A stretch of 64,000 nucleotides of DNA from Octopus sinensis (taxonomy: Eukaryota): assembly GCF_006345805.1 (NCBI RefSeq), contig NC_043006.1:89776001-89840000 (forward strand). The letters run 5' to 3'. How positions within the stretch are numbered: position 1 is the first letter of the stretch; each line of letters opens with the position of its first letter. The position numbers were made by a program, and so were the translations under genes. The notes under the pieces were generated by a model. The model did not search any database and was not told where the DNA came from. It saw nothing but the letters and a program-made list of their open reading frames with translations. Below are positions 12,233 through 27,081 of this stretch, piece after piece.

Positions 12233-12989
12233 TATATGTATATAACAAACTTCCATACAGTTTCCATCAATCAGTTTTGACCCTCAAAGAATCAGTGAGA
12301 CGAAGGCTGTAGTGAAAAACACTTGTCCAAAGTGACATACCTTAGGATTGAACATGAAACCTGGTTTTCTGAAGCTATCTTCTTAACCACACCATCTGGT
12401 GGTTAAGAAATTCATCTATTTAGAATTTCTTGTTTCACTATATTATGTATACTAGCACCAGTCTTACTCTTTGTTTACCATGCAGAACAAGACCCTGAGC
12501 ATTTTCTCTCAGTCAGTATTAAGATTGATAAAAAATATATGATTAGGAGTCCTAAGTACTGCCAGAGCAAGCTTTAAATAGTTAGAGAATCGATGTGGAA
12601 GATACTTTTACTCCAATTAATAATCTCACACATGAATGGAGAACAAATACACAATTACTTTGCCTCGATAATATATGCCAAACATGATGTTCTTTTCATA
12701 ACGAAAATAATGAGGATGCTTCATATATGTAATTAATTTTTTGTGCATGTGTGTGCACATACATACATATATATATATATATATGGATATATTTATGTAT
12801 ATATGCATACTGATATACAAATGTGCGTGTGTGTGTGTATATATATATATCATTGTCATCATCGTTTACTGTCCGCCTTCCATGCTAGCATGGGTATTTC
12901 AGTAGTATCAGCACCAAGCAGTGTTTAGGCATAAGTGAACTTTAGGTTAGTTGAAATATGTCGCAGATACAAACGTGTAAAAACACCTA

Positions 12990-14380
12990 ATCTTCAGTGT
13001 TTCCCATTGATAATGGCTAAAGAGCTAGAAATGTATCTAGGAAAAGGGTGGCCTTGAGCTGGTCTTGGAAATGGAATTTGGGGGCTCTGTGTTGTCTGGT
13101 ATCTGAGGTCAATTTCCCAAACTTGACAGGGCAGGTGCATTTGAAATATACATATGATGTATCCCAAGTAGCAGAGTTGGTGTTGTGCCATGGTGGCCTC
13201 AGTGGTGGGCAGTTTGGTCTGGAGCAGCACCTCTTTATTTCATAACGTAGACTTTCCATCAAATCCTCATGATTACCCAAAGTTTGTACTGTTGGAAATG
13301 TTCTGTTTTCTTCAAGTCATGTCCATATAACACCCACATCTCACATCAGTACAGGAATGTGGAAAGGATGACAGCTTAGAATACCTAATTTTCATTTGGA
13401 TGGTGAGGTCATGGTTTAGAAAGACTTATTTTGAGAGTTGTTTGTATTTGTGGTCAGACCAAAGCAGAAATACAAGTTTTTGAAGAGGTTTATAGCCTCC
13501 TAAAGATTAAAAACTTAGTGCACAAGCGTGGTATTGCCATCCACGTACTGCAGTTCATGTACTTTAGCCAAGGTGGTGATAAGTTAATAGGCTCTGAACT
13601 GGGCAGTGTTGAAAAGTCATGTATCCATTATGTAAAGGATGTCTACACCAGGAGCCCGATTAGGGATCTCATGGGTCATGGCAAAGGGGTAGAGAGAAAA
13701 CAGAGTGGAAGCAAAGACGCATCTTTGCTTCAAGCCAGTTGTAATTGGGAAAGAATTGGAGAGAGCATTCTTGGCAATGATCTGACCAGACATTCCATCA
13801 TGTAGGGCCTGGATGTGGTTCATAAAGTGGTCAAGAAAACCAAAATGCTTTAAGGTGGCCCACATTGTAGGTCTTGGTATGCTGTTGAAAGCTTTCTCCA
13901 AGTTTCAGAGCACAGAAAGTAGGGGCTTTCTCTGCTCTCAGGCCTTTTCTTGGAGAAGGTCAGTGGAAAAGACCATGTCAATGGTACCACAGGTGGAGCA
14001 GAAGCTACACTGCAACTCTGGAAAAACTTCTTCAGCAATGACCAATAATGTATCTTGCAGGATCCTGGTGAAGAACTTCCCAGTGACACTGAGAAGGGGG
14101 TTCCACAATTAGTTTCCACAGATTGTCCAGTCTCCCTTCTTGCAGACTGTAATGATGGTCATGTCTTTAAGGTCTGCAGGAACAACGACATTATATTTCT
14201 CTTGTCCTTCTCTCCCACTTCTCAGTAGTTCTACCTCGATGATTTGAGAGAAAATTGCTATTTTGGTATCAACAAAGAGTTGGATATGGTCGTTGGGTAA
14301 ATTATACAGTGGAGGCAAGACATAAGAATTGGTAAAACATGTTATGGAGTTTGAGAATTTGAGAAAGAAGGAAAGCAAGG
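12990..14380 (-). mobile_element. Heavily decayed RTE (BovB/RTE-1-like) LINE RT region
   Basis: Fragments KKGDWTICGN, EKAFNSIPRPTMWATLKHFG, LHDGMSGQI, TGLKQRCVFASTLFSLY, with many stops and frameshifts. Confidence 0.8.
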
Positions 14381-14546
14381 ACCATAAAGTTCAATTAAGG
14401 TTAGAGTCTAAGACAGACATAGGTTTGGGCTAAATTTTGGTTTGCTCCGTTTCTGTCTGTCATGAGTTTTTGAATTCTCTTAGGTACTGAGTTTCATTCA
14501 AACACATATATATGGTACAAATATATGTCTAGAAAAGTGTCCATGT

Positions 14547-14606
<60 letters not shown>

Positions 14607-14869
14607 TTGTTTTATAAATATATGTCTGTGTCTTTTCGTTAATATGTTAAGGTTACAATGCTTCATTACAACTCAGAGTTTTGCCAATTCTCTGTCTTTA
14701 GTCAGAGGACATATGGAACTCTAAGCTGCAATGTCACTTTGTAAACTTCAGCTGATAATAAACAAAAACATGTAGAACTCTTCAAATGAGTTTTCAGTCT
14801 TCTTTTACTTTACTACTGGGGAAAATGTCATCCCAAACATCTTACCACTTCATCCAGGCTCAAAACCAC

Positions 14870-15095
14870 AATGGATCCAAACATATTCTTCTGTTCACCT
14901 CATTCTTTGGAAAAGAGCTACTGTGCAGGTGGCACATAAAAAACACCATTCGAGCGTGGCCGTTGCCAGTACCACTTGAGTGGCCCTCATGCTGGTGGAA
15001 TGTAAAAGCACCCACTACACTCTCAGAGTGGTTGGCATTAGGAAGGGCATCCAGCTGTAGAAACTCTGCCAGATCAAACACAGAACAGTAGATCC
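14870..15095 (+). repeat. RTE-LINE tail-derived repeat
   Basis: ggtggcacataaaaaacacc...gagtggttggcattaggaagggcatccagctgtagaaactctgccagatc. Confidence 0.8.
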
Positions 15096-16924
15096 ATGGC
15101 CTCTTATCTTCATCAATTCCCAGATTTTATACTTATACACACACACATACACAATCACGTGTGTGTGTATACATGATGTTCTGGTTTATGCTATAAAACA
15201 AGACACAAACATTTATCTAGCAATATTATAAAACTGTGGAAAAAGAAGATGCTTTCTCAGAGAAAGAGCAAGGCAGAGAAAAGGAAGAATTGTGAAGAAA
15301 GATAAAAAAATGTAAGGAGAGAAGGAAAGAGAAGGAGAAAGGCAGATAAAGTTAGAGAAAGAAAGAGAGAGAGAGAGAGTGCGTGTGTATGCTTCAGTTT
15401 ATGATTGTAAGTGAAAAAAATGCATGAGAAAATTAAATGTTTTCTCTCTGAATTATAATTAACTCCATCATATTTTGTTGTTACTGTTGCAAAGTTATGT
15501 ATATGAAATATAACTAATTTTTTACCTGTCTCCAATAGGAAAAATTGATTAACCTTCCTAATAGGTTAGGTACAAAAGAAACTTGTTATTCTAAACATAT
15601 TTCATGCATTCGATCAACAAGCTCCGTGATATCTTGAATATTTTGCCAGAAATTCTAAATGTATGCATGTCAAGCAAAAACTCATTTATTTTGTCTCGTT
15701 TACTTGACAGCAGCTAACAGACTTAACATAGTAAACGGGTTATTCTTGCATTATTAGCTGCCAAATGGATCCTTGTCTTCCCTCTGGTAATGTCCTGATT
15801 GGATTAGCCAATAAGTATAGAGAACATCAGTCATTTTGCTATATTAGAAACATGATAATACATTCTAGAAAATTCTACTATTACACACACAAACACATTT
15901 TATGTATGTATGTATGTGTGTGTGTGTGTGTGTGTGTGTACATATGTATGCATGCATGTATATATGCGCTGTGCCATAGGCTCTTAACTCCTTCATGGAC
16001 ATGTAGTGGGTGCTGTTATAACATACAGCATGCCAAAGACATTTTCGACTAGGCAGAGCCCATCCCTCTCCAAGTCTTACCAAAGTCAATTTCTTTCAAA
16101 AGAACTGAAAAAGGAATTAGAGAAGAAAAAAGAGGCCCCAATGTTGAACTGGTACTTTATTTATCAACCCAGTGGCCTTGCTCAAATCACTGTGTTGATA
16201 AATAAAACCTGATACAGGAATTGAACCCATAATCTAAAAATCATGAGGCCAACACCCTAACCACCCGAGTATATGCCATATATAATGATGGACTCTCCTG
16301 TTGATTTCACAGCATGAGCATCCCTTGTTCAATCAATCAGACAACCTACTCATTGAATCGGGGTGCAAACTGGTTGACTGTTCCACAAAGGTATGTACCT
16401 TTTAAAGTGATCTTAATCAGAAGAAACATGATGAAAAATATGACAAAACTGGAGCTTTTAACTGCAGGGACAGTCCATTTGACAGGATTCTGTACAGTTT
16501 CCAACTATGTAATTTCATTCATAAGGCTTGGGTTGACTTGAGGCTATAGTAACGGTACTTTCTCAAATTGCCACACAGTGTCATTGAACCCAGGACCTTT
16601 GTATCATATTACCCAAGTAGTGCTTATTTTCATGTATCTATATATCTATCTATCAACCTATCTATCTATCTATCAATGTAGACAGACAGATAGATAGTAA
16701 TACTTTATAGAGCTATCTATGTATCTATCTAAGAAGATGGATAAATATATAAACAATATAAGCACATGAAACAAGAAGAATGAAAACAATGGTGTGCACA
16801 GTCATTTTCAAAACATTTCTGGACACTCAAATATAAATTCACTGCAGGAATTTATTCCAAAGAACAAATTTCTTCCCAAAGTACATCAAAGTCCAAATGA
16901 CTGGAACTATCAAACACCAGTATT

Positions 16925-16997
16925 TCAGCTTAATTTCACCTTCTCAGTGATGGACAGCTCCATTGGACCTTTTGGGACTAGATATGAATTTCTGTTC
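16925..16997 (-). CDS. Candidate coding exon of an unidentified gene: (W)NRNSYLVPKGPMELSITEK[VKLS*]
   Basis: Acceptor tttttatacag|G. Only one frame is open. Either terminal (TGA at 16925-16927) or internal with donor AAG|gtgaaa after 16940. Phase-compatible with the candidate exon at 22457-22512. Confidence 0.3.
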
Positions 16998-17289
16998 CTG
17001 TATAAAAATCAGCAAACAAAGCACTTTCTGATGTGTTTTGAGGTTTGCCAAGGTGGACTTAGACAAATGCCCTCAGGTAATGCTATTCATGCTCAAGTGT
17101 ACAGTCAAGAATTTACTGATGGGAAAATTCAATACTAATTTAAAAAGTCAAATATGCCATAAAATTTATTTGACTTCAAATTCTGCCTGAAGATTTTCTC
17201 ATTCATTTGATTAAGATATCATTTGAGACTTTTTGAGTTTTTTTCTCTAGTGCTCCATTTGTTATGACAATGTGGGTTCCAATTGCTCT

Positions 17290-17570
17290 GATTAATAGAA
17301 TAACCTGCTCACAAAATTAACATGCAAATGGCTGAATACTCCACAGACATATATAACCTTAACGTGGTTCTTGGGGAAATTTAGCATGACACAGACTGTG
17401 ATAAGACTGGGCCTTTGAAATACACGTACAACTCATTTTTGGCAGATGAGTGGACTGGAGCAATATCAAATAAAGTGTCTTGCTCAAGAACGCAATGTGC
17501 TTCCAGGAATCGAACTCACAACCTTACAGTTGTGAGCTGAATGCCCTAACCACTGAGCTACATACCTTCA
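17290..17570 (-). mobile_element. tRNA-derived SINE with CORE-like central box
   Basis: Minus strand tagctcagtggttagggc...gtgagttcgattcc (A/B boxes), then ttcttgagcaagacactt...ttgctccagtccactca. Confidence 0.75.
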
Positions 17571-18803
17571 CAATTCAGACGGAAACTCCCAGTCACAACA
17601 ATTCTCTCTCTCTCTCTCTTTATTTGTGTATCTGCCTGCCTGTCTGTCTGTGTGTCTCTCTCTCTATTTGTGTATCCGTCAATCTGTCTGTCTGTCTGTG
17701 TCTCTATTTGTGTACCTGTCTATGTATTTACCTGTCTTTCTGTTAGTCTGTCTATATTGGTGAAGCTGAGGTTATGTTAGAAGAGAGTTGCATGAAGTGC
17801 TGCATGGTAAGATTGAATTCAGCTCCATGCACTTTCAAAGCAATTTTCTCCAAGCACACAACCATCCCCCTGTCCATTCATATATACACACACACAGGCA
17901 AGAAAGGAAAAGGCTAAGTGTTGAGAGTAACATAGTAATTTAGGGCAATGTTGACACCCAGCACCATTGGCTCTTCAGTTCAGAAGTTGTCTCCCTTGTC
18001 AATGGCCCTGCTGACCATTTCATCCAATGATATAATTAGTGATTTAATTATGGACAATCTTAATAAGCAATAACAATGATGTCATGAAAGTGAGAACAAA
18101 ATGGAAAATAGTCAAAGCAGGCTCAGAAGAGATTGTCAGTGGCTTTAATGAACAATAAGCAATTATTAAAAAGCAGAAAAAATGTCAAGAAAGAACAGAA
18201 CGCTTAATGAAGTGTTTAAAAAAATTTTACTTGCATGTGTGTGTGTATACCTCACTCAATGTGCTTATTAGGCATGTATGTATTTATGTGTATGCATGTA
18301 ATACATAAAGATGTGTATGTGCGTGTGTGTGTGCATGTAGGTTTATGAACATATGTAAATAGATTCATGGATATGTACCCATGTGTAAGTATGTAATGCA
18401 TTTATATACATATATATGCATATATATTTGCATACACATATATACATACATATATACATACATACATAAATACATAGAAATATATATGGACACACTCATA
18501 TATACACGCGTTCATATATGTGCCTGCATGTGTTCGAAAAAGTGAGAATGAAATGTTTTAATTACATTTTCTCTTGGAACAAATGTGTAAGAGAAGGGAA
18601 GTTAATTGAAGAAGAAAGGCTGAAGAAGGAGTCTAAAATTTCATAAAACAACATAAATTAATAAACAAAAATCAGTTATGCTAAAGTTTTTCAGGACAAT
18701 TTTAATTAAGACACTTTTAAGAAATGTCAGAATAAGGTATAACGAGAAAGCCAGCATCAACAACAATAACAATGGAATGATAGTAATGATACTACTACTC
18801 CTA

Positions 18804-18835
<32 letters not shown>

Positions 18836-19064
18836 ACTACTAAAGATGATGATGATCCTTTCTGTTAAAAGTACAAGCCCAAAATTTGGGGGGAGGGGGG
18901 GCTAGTTGATTATATCAACCCCAGAGCATAACTGGTACTTAATTTATTAACCTTGAAAGATGAAAGGCAAAGTCAACCTCAGCAGAATTTGAACTCAAAA
19001 AGCATTTTGCCCAGCATAGTAACAATTGTATCAACTTGCCACCTAAATAATAATAACAACAACA

Positions 19065-19985
19065 ACAAGAGCACTCTGAGAGCACAAACCTCCACCAAGG
19101 CAACATCAACGTCCTCTCAATGATTAGCCAGAGATGATTTTTTAAAAATGAGAATATCTGAAATAAACTTGACTGCTCTCACAAATAATCCAGAATCCTT
19201 GTCCAGTACCAGATTCACCCCAATGGTAGTCATGGTATGTGGAGGTGGGTGTATAGGATGTGTTTGTAATGATGTGTGTGTGTCGTGTCTTTACAACCAT
19301 TAAGTTCTATAGGGAAAAATTTATATGTGTGTGAAAGAAAATGGAAAGGACCTGCATGTAGTGCTGTTAACGGAGGTTTAACAACATCATTGAGCACAAC
19401 AACATGAGTCCAAGAAGTAAAGCTTCCCTCAAGGTAGAGCTAGAAATGCAATTGTCAAGTAGGTAAGAGGTTTTAAATAGGAGCGATATATTCAAAATTG
19501 GTGAAACTAAAAATTGTCAAGGAAAAATTAAATTTATTATTGTTTCTGAACATGTTAGTGTTATTTAATCTCTGAACGGTTTTGCTGTCATTTGTTTATG
19601 TGGTTTGATTTCTTTATCCATCAGTTTCTACTAAAATAGAGACACGAGTAAAATTAATTATAGAGAAACAAAAATAAAACTTTGGAAACAGCAATGCCTC
19701 CATAACTTATGTGGAAACCATGAGCTTGCTATCAAGGGAGATAATCAGAGAAAGACTTGAAAGTGAACATAAGATCATAATACTTCATTTAAAGTAAATA
19801 TAACAAATAATCCAGAATCCTTGTCCAGTGCCAGATCAATCCCAAATTCTAATCAGTTTGTGCCAGTCATAAGGCCGAAATCCCTGAAAGTTTTATCCAA
19901 ATCCATCCAGTGGTTCTTGAAATATTTTGTTCATGGACAAACAAACATGACTGAAAACAATACCTCCACCTTCGCTAAGGCGGAG
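19065..19985 (+). mobile_element. Helentron-associated non-autonomous (DINE-1/HINE-like) element
   Basis: 5' subterminal cctccaccaagg (19089-19100) is inverted-related to the 3' hairpin ctccacctt-cgct-aaggcggag (19964-19985). A ~37-nt core segment occurs twice (~19182 and ~19803). Confidence 0.5.
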
Positions 19986-20009
19986 ATGATGATGATGATG
20001 ATGATGATA

Positions 20010-20560
20010 ATTGCACTGATGCAGTACCAGGCAGTGGCTCTCATGGCTTCTGATCTTAATTAATTTGCATGTACATTGTTTTGTCTTGGTATAAAAGATG
20101 GATTACAGCAAATATTCTGCTCAACACCACAGATTTGCTTGTCAGTTGTTTGACCATAACCAGTTGGCCATGTCCCTTAGTGGCTGATGATATGTGCATC
20201 TCTGATCATGAGCAGAAATAGTAGGGGAGCATCATATAGCCATGCGTTGAAAGGAATTCTTGGAGGTTTGGATAATTCACCTTTGGAAACATGGCTGGTT
20301 CATTCAACATCCTTAAACAACCCTTATTCAGGGACCTTTTCAGTGAGATGGGCAACTTGACCAGAAGAAAATTCTAACTGGGCCCCACCTGCAAGGTCAT
20401 GTGCTGTTTATTTTGATATGAGATCACCATGTCATGCACATATGGTTGTGATGCATGTGCCTGGTGTACCCTTATCAGATGGGTAGTCATGATGGGTATA
20501 CTGGGCTTCGTATATTTTACCCCAGTGTCACTTTGATGGCATGCGCTGATCTTTCACTCA
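20010..20560. repeat. Element 'X', copy 2
   Basis: Homologous to 5237-5795; ends cactca(ata)n. Confidence 0.9.
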
Positions 20561-20574
20561 ATAATAATAATAGA

Positions 20575-20935
20575 AACCACCAAGAAAAAACTCAACATAT
20601 CAATCCCAACAGATGACAATATATCTCCAAAAGAAATGGAGAAACTCTTGAAACACAAAGATCTGGAAATAGAAATAACTTGAATGTGGGGCCTGAAAGC
20701 AGAAACAATCTCTATAATAAATAGGAGCATTAGGAACAGTTAAAAAGAATGCACACAAATACATAAGCAAAACACTAGGACATACAAATATATATGTAAC
20801 ACATAGAAAATAGCACTTCCAGACAGCACACACATTCCACATAAGGTACTTTCAATGATACAGTAAATATAATAAGCCCAAAACAAACCACAGCACACAC
20901 CCAAGCATGTGATGAAAATAAAACTAATGAATAAT
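20575..20935 (+). mobile_element. R4/Dong-type LINE 3' fragment (RLE endonuclease end and 3' UTR)
   Basis: ISIPTDDNISPKEMEKLLKHKDLEIEIT*MWGLKAETISIIIGALG is homologous to the end of the 4432-5055 ORF; ends in an aataataac tail. Confidence 0.85.
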
Positions 20936-22456
20936 AACAATTTGAAAAAGGAATTTATTAATTGCAAAGAGGAACTTACACAGGTTTGTCCTAAGCCTGA
21001 TAAGGCTGGAGTCAAACCTGGTTTCCATATGTGACAGAGATTACAACACTCCTCCCAACTGAAGAGGATGCCAGTCTGTCACAGTATTAAGTTCCCACTC
21101 TATTTACAATTAGTTGGACTTGAGTAACATGAAATGAAGTGTTTTGCTCAAGAATACAATGCACCACTCAGTCCACTAAACAGGGTTTTATGGTCATGAA
21201 TGTCAGCACCTTAATCACCAGGTCACACACGTCCACTAAGGAAACAAGGAACTAAAAATTAGTCATAAAAATTCTAAAGAGAAAACTCATCACTTTTTCT
21301 TTGGGTATAATATGCACCAAGAAAATTCTGATTTTTATTTAGAATTTTTTTTAAGAGAGCCTGAAGAGACAAGAACTTTTTTGACTGCTTCATGCATATT
21401 TGGAACCAGGAAAATGATTGCCTCAAGATAATACAAAACCTAGTTATTGACCACAGAATTTTTGTGAATGATCAAAATGTAAAACACTGAAGGTAAATGC
21501 TACCTGTCGCACAGAATGCAAATATTGTATATTCTCTCCAAAAGTGGGATGAATCATCGTAAACACTCAGGCTAAAATTTTCTTAACAGTTGACATATGC
21601 AAGATACTTCTACAGACACCATCTCCCTCTTTTAAGTGGTTAGAAATGATTTTCCTTTTACCATTCCATGCTAACAATTTCTGTCCTTCATTATCTTTGG
21701 TAAATCCTCAATTTCATGTTGTGTGTTTCTGCCTATAACATTAATGTAGCTGAATGATCTTTGTCCATTGTTAGGGTGTGGGAGTCACCAAAATATAATA
21801 TCTGATATGGTCTGGTGTTCAGAACGAAGCTTATCCTGTGTTGCATATCAATAACAGAAATCAGTGGAATGTGTCCATAAATCTCCTCTTTGATTTTGTA
21901 CTCACACCTATTTCTTTACTACCCACAAGGGGCTAAACTCAGAGAGGACAAGGACAGATAAACGGAATCTTGAACTCATACCATGATATGATTTCAGACC
22001 TCATGAAAAGCCTGGTGTTCATACCATCAAGACCATCTTGAAGCCTCTTCTTCACACACTATGAAGAATTAAGATTGTAATGAGGTTTTCTAATTTAGGC
22101 GGAAGACCAGCAGTTTCTGGGGGAGGTAGGGGAGTAAGTTGATAGCACTGACCCCCCAGTATTTGACAAATACTTTAATTAATTGACCCCAGAAGGATGA
22201 AATGAAATGTTGACCCAGGAATGGTTTGGAATCAGAACTTAAAGTGTTGGAAGAAAGACTGTACTCTAACAATTCTGTCGATTCACTGCCCTATGGAAGA
22301 TAGAACTAATAATTATTGCATTTTGGGGGGGTCAAGATGGTAATAATACTAGTATCTTTGAGGTCACCTGGTATCTCACATATAGAATCCAGATTTGCAG
22401 GAACAGTGCATGAAGTTCCGTTGTTTAATCTCACCCTAAATTCATCTAAATCTCAC

Positions 22457-22512
22457 CAGATTATTGACTTCAGAGGTTCAACAGAGTAAATGTTTTCTTC
22501 AGGATTTTCATT
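22457..22512 (-). CDS. Candidate 56-nt coding exon: NENPEENIYSVEPLKSII(W)
   Basis: Acceptor tttctgtttttaacag and donor TG|gtgaga; only one of three frames is open. Confidence 0.4.
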
Positions 22513-23436
22513 CTGTTAAAAACAGAAATGGTAAATCTACTTTCCTGATATGTGTCAGATATTTAACATCAAAGGTGAATCTGATCAGGCAGCGCTAATA
22601 CCAAAAATATTCCAACTGTGTCTATGGTGCAGGTATGGCTGGAAAGGAATCAAAAGCTTTCCTCAGAGTAGGAATTGAACCAAGATGTATAATGTGGACA
22701 ATTCAGTCATCATCATCATCATCATCATCGTCCATGTCTTCATGGTCACATAGATCAGATGGAAATTGTTGAGGAGGATTTTTCTATGGCCAGATACCAT
22801 TCTTCTCACCAACCTTCACCTATTTCCAAGCCAGGTAATATTCCTCCCTGATCCAAACATTTTTTGTAGAATAACAAAAGCAAAGGATACCATTTGCATG
22901 AGAGTCACATTTGCTACACTTGCTTATAACTATTACATGATGTCAAGGCGTGTGTGTGTGTTTGTGTGTGAGTGATCACCAGTATCATCATTATCATCAA
23001 CTAATGTCTGTTTTCAATGGTCACATGGGTTGGATGGTTCGACAGGATTTGGCAAGCCACAGGGCTGCGTCATGTTCCAATGTCAACTTTTGTCATGGCT
23101 GAATATTCTTAACCATTTTTCATCTCTTCCTGGGTTGTCTTACATAACTTCCTTCCAAGAGGATCATCAAAAATATTTCATAAGAAGTTCTGGACACATA
23201 TTTGATGGCTGAAACAACTGAACAAGCTCATTGAAGTATCTTGTTCAAAAACACAAAGAGAAACTTATTGGCCAAGTAGCTAAGAAGTCTGCCTTGCAGC
23301 TGTGTGTTTCTGAGTTCAATCTCATTGTACAGAACCTTAGACAAGTTTTTACTTTGAAGTCTTAGGTTTAATTAGTTCCATGCGAGTGGCGTTTGGTAAG
23401 CATAAACTTCAAGAAGGTCTGTCATGTATGTGTGTG

Positions 23437-23468
<32 letters not shown>

Positions 23469-26400
23469 AGTGTGTGAGTGAGTGAGTGAGTGTGTGTGTG
23501 TGTGTGTACATATAATTGTTAACTTTTAGGTTTCATTTTAAAGGAATTACAAGATAATAATAGAACACTTACTAAAGCAAGATGGGGCTTCAATACTAAA
23601 AGCAAAGTCAAATTTCTTTGTAAGATTAGTTGGGGGCTAATACTGGGACTTCAAGTTTTTCCTAAAAGCTTATGCAACCAGCAGTGATTAAGTCTTTCTT
23701 TGGAGAAAAAAAAATGGAAAATTTCATTTCAACAAAAGAGCCTTAGGGTACATAGTAAATTACAAATGGGTTTTGAAGTTGATTAAGAAAGAGAGAATAG
23801 AACTGGTTGAATTGTCTGGGCAGTGGAATCGAGGATTTGCAATATTTGTTCTATTCCTTTTTGCTCTGAGTTCAAATCCCATCAAGGTTGACTTTGCTTT
23901 TCATCCTGTTGGGGTTGTTAAGGTACCAGTCAAATGCTAGGGTCAATGAAACTGATTGATCCCTTCCCCTCAAAAGTGCTGACCTTGTATCTAAGTCAGA
24001 AACCATTATTTTGGAGCAAAATTCTAATATGTTAAAAGTTAGTGAAGGTAGAGTGAGTGGGTAAAGAAACCATTTAAAGGTGAAGAATGATCAAGGAATA
24101 GAATTCCTTGGATTTTATTTCTATTAAATTTATTCAGCTCTTTGTGGCACCTTGGGCAAGTGTTTTCTACCATAGCACTGGGCTGGCTCACACCTTGTGA
24201 GTGAATTTAGTAGATTAAAACTGTGCTGAAACTTGTCATATGTGCACGCACGCATGGGCATGCATGCATGTGTGTTGTGTTTGCTTGTTGTTGCTTGACA
24301 AATGGTGTTGGTTTGTTTATGTCCTCATACATTAGCCATGCGGCAAAAACAAAATTATGGAATAAGTTCTAAACTTAATACTGGCTTTAATTTTAATTGA
24401 CCAAACCTTTCAAAGTGGTGTTCCAGCAAGGCCACTGTTTGATTGGAACCAGTAATAGAGTAAAAGATTTTCAAAAATTTAATTCTCATGTTGAAGGGAA
24501 AATCTGATGTTTGTTAGTGGAGATAGTGACAGTAACAAGCAAGTTTCAATGTTATTAGACCGTTACAGCTCAGCAATATGAGTAGAAACATCTTCAGAAG
24601 TCTTCAGTAATTTTACACTTGGAAAAGAGTTACAAAGATTTTTAATCAGCTAAGGCCAAGATTGCTATGTTAAACCAAAAAACAAATTGGGTTTTGTATT
24701 TGAAATAAACATAGGATTATGACATATGTAGGGATGTAACAGAGCACAGATACACATACCATTTAGTGATTGAAAAACAAATATGAAAATAACACAAGAG
24801 ATAATGAAAGTGAAGACGAAGCTGGTCGTAGTTTTGGCTCATTAAAAACAAAAACAATAATCGATTTAATTCTCTCAAAAAAGATATATTAGATTTTGTT
24901 GTCATTTTTGCTTTCCTTTCCTTTTCAAAAGTTCACAGAATGATAAAAGAGCTTTTTCATTACAGAAACATCATTTATTATTTAAATTTTAGTTGTCACC
25001 ATTAATTAGAAATCTTAAGATAAGAAAGTAATTAATCCCAAACATAAAATAGATCTGAATAATTTTTTTTGGCAAGATTGCATTAGAGGTTCTCAAGTGA
25101 CAATGAACAACAGGTTAAATCGTTACTGTTACATTAAAGGTATGTTCTAATTCTCTACCATCACCACCACCACCACTGGAAGAGTGGCAGCGGTGGTGGT
25201 GGTGGTGGAGATCAGGCGATCCTGTATAATACAAAGAATATCTCAGATATGTTAGTTTCCAACTGAAATTCTGAAGCGACTGGTTCACTTTTGTTGCACA
25301 CAATTGGTTAATTAGCATGGTGGAGTTGATGGAATTATAAACCAGAAGATTTGCACAACGTTTGGCTCAAAGGCTGTATGTGACCTGCTGTGGCTTCTCA
25401 CATGGATTTTAATCAATTTAGAAATAATATTTATTTAAAAGAAAGTATAGAGTTAACGTATCAAAACTAAAATACAAAGAAGAACTTGAAAACTAAAAAT
25501 GAAAATAAAAATCATTTCTCTCTCTCTCATCAAATCTATATAGAGGATTCATAATTAATCAAGTGTTCAAACATAAGAAAGAAAAGAAAAGTCAGCAATA
25601 ATACGATTTGAGATAATAAAGCAACCGATAATTGCTTTACAATAATCAGCCTCCTGACTGTTCTGAGTTCAAATCTGGCCAAGGATGGCATTATCTTTTA
25701 GGGTTGAAAAAGAAAATACCAGTAATATATTACCTTCTAATTGATTAGCTAAGGTGGTAAGCTGGCATTTCTTCCAGTTCATTACATTCTGAGTTCAGAT
25801 CCTGCTGAGCTCAACTTTGCCTTTCATCCTTGCAGGATTGATAAAATAAAATAGCAGTCAAATACTTGTGTTGATGCAACTAACTTGTTCCTTTGCCACT
25901 CAAAATAAATAGCTAGCCTTGAACCCAGCAACTCAGGGGAATGTTGAGATCTTGGTTACTTGTATGGCATCAAAAATTGAGTAGAGTATGACTCTAAGGG
26001 TTCAAGGAAAGAAAAGCAAAGAAATGATTGACCATAATTGTCCCCTTTCCAAAATTGGAATTGTGTCTAATAAATGAATTGTAAAAAATATTTTTAAGAA
26101 TTGTTTATTTCGTAAAAATATCTAGTATTGTTCTAAAGAAACGATCTCATCCTATCAGCTTCCTATCAGATCTGTAATATAAAATAAATTGACATAGATG
26201 TACAGTTAAGAAATTTGCTTTGCAACAATATGGTTCTGAGTTCAATGAAATTGGATGGCACCTGTGACAAGCATTTTCTACCATGGCCTTAGACTGATTG
26301 CATCTGGTCAAACTGATTTGCAAAATATGTATTTTTTAAAAGAAAGTAAAAAAATGTGGAAATCGGCTATAATAATGTAGACTTTCAGTCTCATTGCTAT

Positions 26401-27081
26401 GAAGGTATGATGTTGTGGAGAAACAAAATGGAGGAAAAGTTACAGAGGTTTAAAAATCAGAAAAACTGTGTATTTTTAGCCAACAGTGAGGCAGAAGTTT
26501 TCTGTGTTTAGCGGAGCAGTGTCAACTTTAAGGTTGTACCCTGTGAAATCTACAGTTTAGCATCTGTGAAATGACTTGTTCATTGTAGGTTTCTAAATAA
26601 ACAAAAATACCCAATAAAATCCACATGTATCATCTTACTGTTTCTTTTGTCTCTTCATTGATTGCATGTTTTTATTATTTTTTTAATTTGTTATATTAAT
26701 GTTTGTCTGCATGTGTTTACTTTATGCATATTTCAGTATTATGTACACCTGTCATGTATTTGTGTACATCATTTATATATAAGTGCATGTAGATGTATAC
26801 ATTTATGCATGTGTGTAAAAAGGGGGCTTTTCACACACACACACACACACACACACATAAAATTTGAGTAATGTTTTCGTGCTTGGATTTGTAAACTACA
26901 ATAAGAATAACACTGGTCAACAAAGAATTTGTCCCAAGAAAAAGAAATGTCAAGCTAATGGCTTAAGAAATATTTCTAATTTAAATGTTTATGAATAGAA
27001 TTAACCTAGTGAAATCATAAATCCAGCTATCTGAATCATTGAAACCCTGAAGGTTGGTGATACTGTCCATTTACCTTCATA

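Noticed and set aside
25165-25210. (CCA)n...(TGG)n hairpin
   Set aside because: Simple juxtaposed trinucleotide repeats with no further support.
26539-26592. Minus-strand exon candidate (E)TYNEQVISQMLNCRFHR
   Set aside because: Good acceptor but weak donor (gtacaa) and phase-incompatible with the upstream candidate exon; not supportable without RNA data.
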